NCBI GenBank assembly: GCA_048939465.1
Contig: JBHLPL010000003.1
Coordinates: 20,142-52,141 of the forward strand
Length of the DNA stretch: 32,000 nt
Direction of reading: 5' to 3'
Source: Promethearchaeota archaeon
Lineage (GTDB): Archaea > Asgardarchaeota > Odinarchaeia > Odinarchaeales > JBHLKK01
Of the stretch, positions 27,503 through 32,000 are shown one piece after another. A program made the translations under genes and the position numbers. The stretch's first letter is position 1, and each line of letters starts with the position of its first letter. The notes beneath the pieces were generated by a model that saw only the letters and a list, made by a program, of their open reading frames with translations, was not told the origin of the DNA and did no database searches.

Positions 27503-28105
27503 ATGCGAAGGATACTCTTATTCTCATCGCAGGATCTTAGCGCTACAAAGGACGAAATCGATAGAGGCAGCGTTTCCAACTTAATATCTGATGTTTGCAG
27601 GTGCATACAAGCAACGTTCTTCCTTTCTCATGCTATCAGGAAAGACGCTCAGTTGTTAATACTTGATGGTGGGGATAAAGGCATCTTGATGGACGGAAAA
27701 CGACTTAGATACCTAGGACCCGATGAGAGAAGTACTGCGATTCTAATCATGAAAGCTTTAGAAAAGCGAAAGGAATGCAACAGATTGTTTTATGAGTCAA
27801 CTCCAGGGATGTTCGTGGGGCGTGGTCTTGAGGACATCATGTTGAAGAAGGCAGCAGAAGAAGAAGCAGAGGTTTTTTTTCCTGAGGATTCTGGAAAGAA
27901 TCTGAGAAACGTTGACATGAGAGAGAGCGTTCTGGCCATCCTTCCTCTTAAGAGAGAGTTCGGAGCAGAAGGTGACGAGTTTTTGAACAGGTGTAGCGCC
28001 AAGGGTGTTAAATTCTCCAAAGGTGACTTCGTTGTGGACTCAGCCATACTTCTTTTAAACAATGAGATTGACCGGAGGATTATCTATGCAGAAAGGGGTG
28101 CTTGA
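27503..28105 (+). CDS. trmY: TrmY/DUF358-like SPOUT protein, divergent
   Basis: CRCIQATFFLSHAIRKD, LGPDERSTA, STPG, NNEID match TrmY; next to pus10; SAM-knot motifs degenerate. Confidence 0.75.
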   Translation: MRRILLFSSQDLSATKDEIDRGSVSNLISDVCRCIQATFFLSHAIRKDAQLLILDGGDKGILMDGKRLRYLGPDERSTAILIMKALEKRKECNRLFYESTPGMFVGRGLEDIMLKKAAEEEAEVFFPEDSGKNLRNVDMRESVLAILPLKREFGAEGDEFLNRCSAKGVKFSKGDFVVDSAILLLNNEIDRRIIYAERGA

Positions 28106-29459
28106 TACTGCATTAGGCCTTTTAACTGAACGTACTTTGTGCGATAGCTGTTTGGGCAGACAGTTTGCATTATTGGGGAGTGAGCTGGAAAACAAGGAAA
28201 GGGGAAGGGCCATAAAGACTGCTTTGGTCCTCCAGGGCAATCTGCTCATGGATGGTCCCAAAAAAAATGAGGGTAGACAGATTCTTGAAATCTTGGCAAT
28301 CAATGGTATGTTTAGACCCGCTATGGCGTCTCTTGCAAAATCAGGAATTGAAGTTGACGAGAAGCAGAATGAGTGTTTCATCTGTGAAACTACAATGAGC
28401 CAAATCAAGGAGATCGCGGAGAAAACGGTTCAGAAACTGGGAGAATACGAATTCAATACGTTTCTTATAGGCTCGAAATTTCCAGCAAGATTCATTGAAA
28501 GAGAAGACCAGCTTAGATCCAGATTCAACATTATATGGGGAGAATCTATAAAGAGCGAAATGAATCGTGAGATTGGAAAAACGGTATTGAAGACTCTGAA
28601 AAAGATGAAAAAAGAGGTTAATTTCACCAATCCAGAAATAGTTGTCGAGCTGATTATATCGGATGCCCAAAACGTAGACGTATCTGTCAGAGTGAATCCT
28701 GTTTTTCTCTATGGCAGATATAGAAAGCTTCTGAGGGGGATTCCACAAACGACATGGCTATGCAGAGAGTGCAGGGGGAGGGGATGTGACAATTGTGGCG
28801 GGACCGGCAGGATGTACGAGACATCAGTTGAGGAGTTAATTGCCAAGCCATTACTTGAGATAACAGGAGGAGAGAGTACGAAGTTTCACGGTGCTGGACG
28901 GGAGGATATAGATGCCGTCATGCTAGGATCTGGAAGACCATTCGTAATTGAAATAAAGGAAGTCAAGAAACGGTTCTTTCCTCTGGAATACCTCGAGAAA
29001 AAGATAAATGAATTTAGCAGAGGCAAGGTTGATGTCCATGGTGTAAGGTGGGGTAGCAAGGAAGACGCAAGAAAGATCAAGGCATTTTCCCGAATCTCGA
29101 GGAAGACTTACAAAGCAGTAGTAGAACTTGAAGAAGATGTAACAGAAGAGTACACAAAGAGAATTGAAAAAGAACTGACCGATGCAACCATTTCCCAAAG
29201 AACCCCTAATAGAGTTGCGCACAGAAGAGCAGATAAAATTCGATTGAAGAAGATTTTCAATATTGAAGTACACAGATTAGAGAAAAGAATGATTGAATTG
29301 GTTATTCAATGCCAAGGAGGATTATACGTTAAAGAACTAATTGATGGTGATGGTGGAAGAACCACACCTAACATCTCTGACATCCTGGGAGTAAGAGCTG
29401 AGTGCAAATCACTAGATGTTATTGATGTAGAGTCTATTAGCGAGTATGAGAGCGGGTAA
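28086..29459 (+). CDS. pus10: tRNA pseudouridine(54/55) synthase Pus10
   Basis: LCDSCLGRQFA, GRYRKLLRGIPQT, FHGAGREDIDAVMLG, CQGGLYVKELIDGD..RT; start ATG 28086 after GGAGG. Confidence 0.96.
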   Translation: MQKGVLDTALGLLTERTLCDSCLGRQFALLGSELENKERGRAIKTALVLQGNLLMDGPKKNEGRQILEILAINGMFRPAMASLAKSGIEVDEKQNECFICETTMSQIKEIAEKTVQKLGEYEFNTFLIGSKFPARFIEREDQLRSRFNIIWGESIKSEMNREIGKTVLKTLKKMKKEVNFTNPEIVVELIISDAQNVDVSVRVNPVFLYGRYRKLLRGIPQTTWLCRECRGRGCDNCGGTGRMYETSVEELIAKPLLEITGGESTKFHGAGREDIDAVMLGSGRPFVIEIKEVKKRFFPLEYLEKKINEFSRGKVDVHGVRWGSKEDARKIKAFSRISRKTYKAVVELEEDVTEEYTKRIEKELTDATISQRTPNRVAHRRADKIRLKKIFNIEVHRLEKRMIELVIQCQGGLYVKELIDGDGGRTTPNISDILGVRAECKSLDVIDVESISEYESG

Positions 29460-29521
29460 ACGTTTATTAAGTCTACAGTCTTAACAGGCACATCTTAGGA
29501 ATTTTGCAGGAAGGATAATAA

Positions 29522-29818
29522 ATGAGGAAGTCCAAGGGATACAGAAGAGGGACAAGATATTTACTACGCAAGCATCCAAGGAAGAGAGGACTTGCACCGT
29601 TAGGTAGATTCCTAAGAGAATACAATAAAGGACAAAAAGTTGCAGTAATAATCGATCCAAGTATGCATAAAGGTCAGCCTCATAGACGGTTCCATGGAAA
29701 GATTGGATCCATTGAAGATAAGAGAGGTAGGGCATACATAGTCTCGGTAGCTGACGGAAACAAGAAGAAAACACTTATAATCCGACCTGAGCACATTCAT
29801 CCACACGTGGGGGGATAG
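29522..29818 (+). CDS. rpl21e: 50S ribosomal protein L21e
   Basis: SKGYRRGTR, IIDPSMHKGQPHRRFHGKIG, IRPEHI. Confidence 0.97.
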   Translation: MRKSKGYRRGTRYLLRKHPRKRGLAPLGRFLREYNKGQKVAVIIDPSMHKGQPHRRFHGKIGSIEDKRGRAYIVSVADGNKKKTLIIRPEHIHPHVGG

Positions 29819-29821
29819 GGT

Positions 29822-30154
29822 CTGGTTCAAGAAAAAGTCGAAGAGAGGCCTTTGACGTTAGCAGAGGTCAAAAGACTTCTCCTCAAAAGAGGAGGAGAAG
29901 ATGAGCTTAACTACGTGCAGAGAATAACCCTAGACTATGTTAATAAAGTGACTAAACTCACTTCAAGAGATTCCAAGAAGCTACTAAAGATATTGACATC
30001 GCTTGGAATTAGCACAAATACAAGCATCCAGATAATAAACTCGATGCCAACTACAAGGGGTGAACTGCGGGTTTTTTTGTCACAAGAAGCCAACACGCCT
30101 TCAGAAGAGGAAATGAAAAAGATTTTGAATAAGATAAAGGAATTTAAGGACTAA
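29822..30154 (+). CDS. rpoF: RNA polymerase subunit Rpo4 (RpoF); probable CTG start
   Basis: PLTLAEVKRLL, LNYVQRITLDYV, IINSMPTT..ELR. Frame open upstream of TTG 29852 as (L)VQEKVEERPLT. Confidence 0.88.
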   Translation: MVQEKVEERPLTLAEVKRLLLKRGGEDELNYVQRITLDYVNKVTKLTSRDSKKLLKILTSLGISTNTSIQIINSMPTTRGELRVFLSQEANTPSEEEMKKILNKIKEFKD

Positions 30155-30191
30155 AAGGCGTTTTTTGCCACACTTGGGGGAACCAAAGATA

Positions 30192-30785
30192 ATGAATCAT
30201 AGTAGTAGTAAGAGAAGTGAGAGCATTAAGGAGAAGAGGTATGAAGAATACGCCTATGTTCTGGACTATTTGGGAGAAGGTCACCTAGATGTTCAAAAGC
30301 AGAGCTATTCAAAAGAGCCGGTAGTTCAAGCACTGGGAACGGAGTTGTTCACCCTTTTAGAATTAGTCCCAAAAAAGGGGGCAAGAATAGTAATACACGA
30401 GCGCCTTTATATTGGAGTGAAAGAACGGGAGAAAATAGATCATGTCAAAAGAAGAGTGGACTATGAAAGGTTATCCGCCACGGCGAAGGCTGAGCTACCT
30501 TATGCTATTGAGAAAGTGATAGAAGATAATAGTAGACGATTTCTCAGATTCTTCAACAGGGCGCATCCTTTGACTACAAGAATGCATCAACTTGAATTAC
30601 TTCCGGGCATTGGAAAGAAGATCATGTGGGAGACCCTAGAAGAGAGAAAGAAGGGGCCCTTCAAAAGCTTTCAAGACCTTGGTGAAAGAACGCGTATTCC
30701 GGATCCAAAGAAGACGATAATCAAACGCGTTATGGCTGAACTCAAAGGTGAAGACAAGTACAGAATTTTTACCAGAAAACCGTAG
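30192..30785 (+). CDS. DUF655 putative nucleic-acid-binding protein
   Basis: EEYAYVLDYL, FTLLE, RMHQLELLPGIGKK, PFKSFQDL; usual position between rpoF and ksgA. Confidence 0.92.
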   Translation: MNHSSSKRSESIKEKRYEEYAYVLDYLGEGHLDVQKQSYSKEPVVQALGTELFTLLELVPKKGARIVIHERLYIGVKEREKIDHVKRRVDYERLSATAKAELPYAIEKVIEDNSRRFLRFFNRAHPLTTRMHQLELLPGIGKKIMWETLEERKKGPFKSFQDLGERTRIPDPKKTIIKRVMAELKGEDKYRIFTRKP

Positions 30786-30811
30786 AATCTTTATGAAAAG
30801 ACCCCCAAGAA

Positions 30812-30836
30812 CCCGCGACTGAACTCATGGGCTTCT
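30812..30836 (-). repeat. IS200/IS605-type palindromic hairpin remnant
   Basis: AGAAG-CCCATGA-GTTCAG-TCGCGGG resembles GAAGCCCACGAC..AGTCGTGGG-type ends. Confidence 0.35.
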
Positions 30837-30849
30837 ATGCGGAAGGGTT

Positions 30850-31728
30850 ATGATTATGACAACCCGAGACAAATCCATGAAGAAATCGTTACTGAAAACA
30901 ACTATTCTGCTTTTGAGAAAACACGGTATTCATCCAAACAAAAGGAAGGGTCAAACATTTATTATCGATGAGAATATCATTGACCGCCAAATCTCCTATG
31001 CAGATTTAGATTCAAAAGACGTGGTTCTCGAAATTGGCTCCGGATTGGGGTCATTAACATGCGCCCTTGCAGAGAAAGCAAGAGAGGTGATTACAATTGA
31101 GGCCGACAGACAGTTTACCGGCGTCCTAGATGAAGTGTTGTCGAATTACGATAACGTAAGGGTCATATTTGGAGATGCATTGAAACTTGATTTACCAAAA
31201 GTAGATAAAATCATTTCAAACATTCCCTATAACATCTCCTCTCATCTTACCTTCAAGATATTAGACATGAAGTTTGAAAAAGCTATTCTAATGTACCAAT
31301 TAGAGTTCGCTAAGAGGATGACTGCAGCAGTCGGGAGTAAGGACTATGGTAGATTGACAGTTGGTGTTTACTATAGAGCTCAAGCCAATATTCTTGAGGA
31401 AGTTCCTAAAACGTCATTCTATCCCATGCCTGACGTCGATTCGGCCATGGTAGAGCTTCTGCCCAAGGAACCGCCTTTCAATGTACAGGATGAGGAGAAT
31501 TTTTTCCGAGTTGTACGCGGCATATTCATACATGCAAAGAAGAAGCTGAATGCTGCGCTTAACCATTATCTTAGGCAGATCGGAATCAAAAAAGAGGAGG
31601 CCAGAAAGATTGTTGCGGGAATTCCGTACAGAGACATGAGGATTCGTAACTTGGAAGCTGAAAAAGTTGGCATCGTATCAGATCTATTATACAAAAAGCT
31701 GGGAGGGCTGAAAGAGAACCAAGGCTAA
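30850..31728 (+). CDS. ksgA: 16S rRNA m6,2A dimethyltransferase KsgA/Dim1
   Basis: GQTFIID, VLEIGSGLGSLT, SNIPYNISS, MYQLEFAKRM, YGRLTV, FYPMPDVDSA. Confidence 0.96.
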   Translation: MIMTTRDKSMKKSLLKTTILLLRKHGIHPNKRKGQTFIIDENIIDRQISYADLDSKDVVLEIGSGLGSLTCALAEKAREVITIEADRQFTGVLDEVLSNYDNVRVIFGDALKLDLPKVDKIISNIPYNISSHLTFKILDMKFEKAILMYQLEFAKRMTAAVGSKDYGRLTVGVYYRAQANILEEVPKTSFYPMPDVDSAMVELLPKEPPFNVQDEENFFRVVRGIFIHAKKKLNAALNHYLRQIGIKKEEARKIVAGIPYRDMRIRNLEAEKVGIVSDLLYKKLGGLKENQG

Positions 31729-31807
31729 ATATAAACTAGCCCCAGATACCGCAATGAGCTTTCCATCAGACGCCTAGTTTAGGCCACTGCACCACTCAGA
31801 ACCACAT

Positions 31808-31859
31808 GTTCCTTGTTCCTTCATGGTGGAACAAGGGGACCCCTTGTTCCTTTATGGTG
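31808..31859. repeat. Direct repeat with central inverted copy
   Basis: CCTTGTTCCTT(C/T)ATGGTG at 31811-31828 and 31842-31859; GGAACAAGG at 31828-31836. Confidence 0.6.
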
Positions 31860-32000
31860 ACTGGGTCATTTTCCGGAAATTCAGCTAAATAATCTGTCGC
31901 TCTTCTAGGGTAAATTCTCCCAAAAAATACTAGTAGGAAAAATATCGAAAATTGTTAGAAGTCAAAACTGATTCCTAATTAAAAAAAAATATCAAGGCTA

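Noticed and set aside
361-29830. Numerous 60-175 aa antisense or overlapping ORFs in the track (e.g. 7340-7864, 22866-23369, 26851-27306)
   Set aside because: They lie within confidently assigned genes on another frame or strand and show no recognisable motifs.
31808-31859. CRISPR array
   Set aside because: Only two 18-nt repeats separated by 13 nt, with no spacer-sized units and no cas genes in the window.
1-32000. Further in-frame BHB introns in other genes
   Set aside because: By eye, the other proteins show no unexplained 9-12 aa insertions relative to family motifs. A computational BHB scan is needed to exclude them properly.

Overview
Archaeal chromosomal window, lineage uncertain. 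An Asgard or TACK-related archaeon is suggested by the Zn-ribbon aRF1, the GKHGHAK eIF5A motif, and the cdc48/eIF5A/nadK/nob1/fen1 and srp54/pus10/rpl21e/rpoF/ksgA neighbourhoods. Most of the window is translation, RNA-processing and housekeeping genes. A ~9.4-kb catabolic island (12224-21577) holds a nucleotidyltransferase-like gene, metallophosphoesterase, APC permease, GldA-like dehydrogenase, class III aminotransferase, aldehyde:ferredoxin oxidoreductase and MoaD. Main result: gatA, which the ORF track shows as broken, is an intact 486-aa gene interrupted by two small introns (32 nt at 24419-24450; 29 nt at 24244-24272). Each folds into a bulge-helix-bulge (BHB) motif. Cutting at the standard endonuclease positions restores the exact GatA sequence, including the catalytic Ser codon that intron 2 splits. 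The window also has a tRNA-Leu(CAA) with a non-canonical intron in the variable arm, two genes (nob1, rpoF) that probably start at CUG, a degenerate tnpB tail with several IS200/IS605-type right-end hairpins, a CpXC pseudogene and a candidate structured ncRNA. All calls are by inspection; no database searches or folding programs were run.
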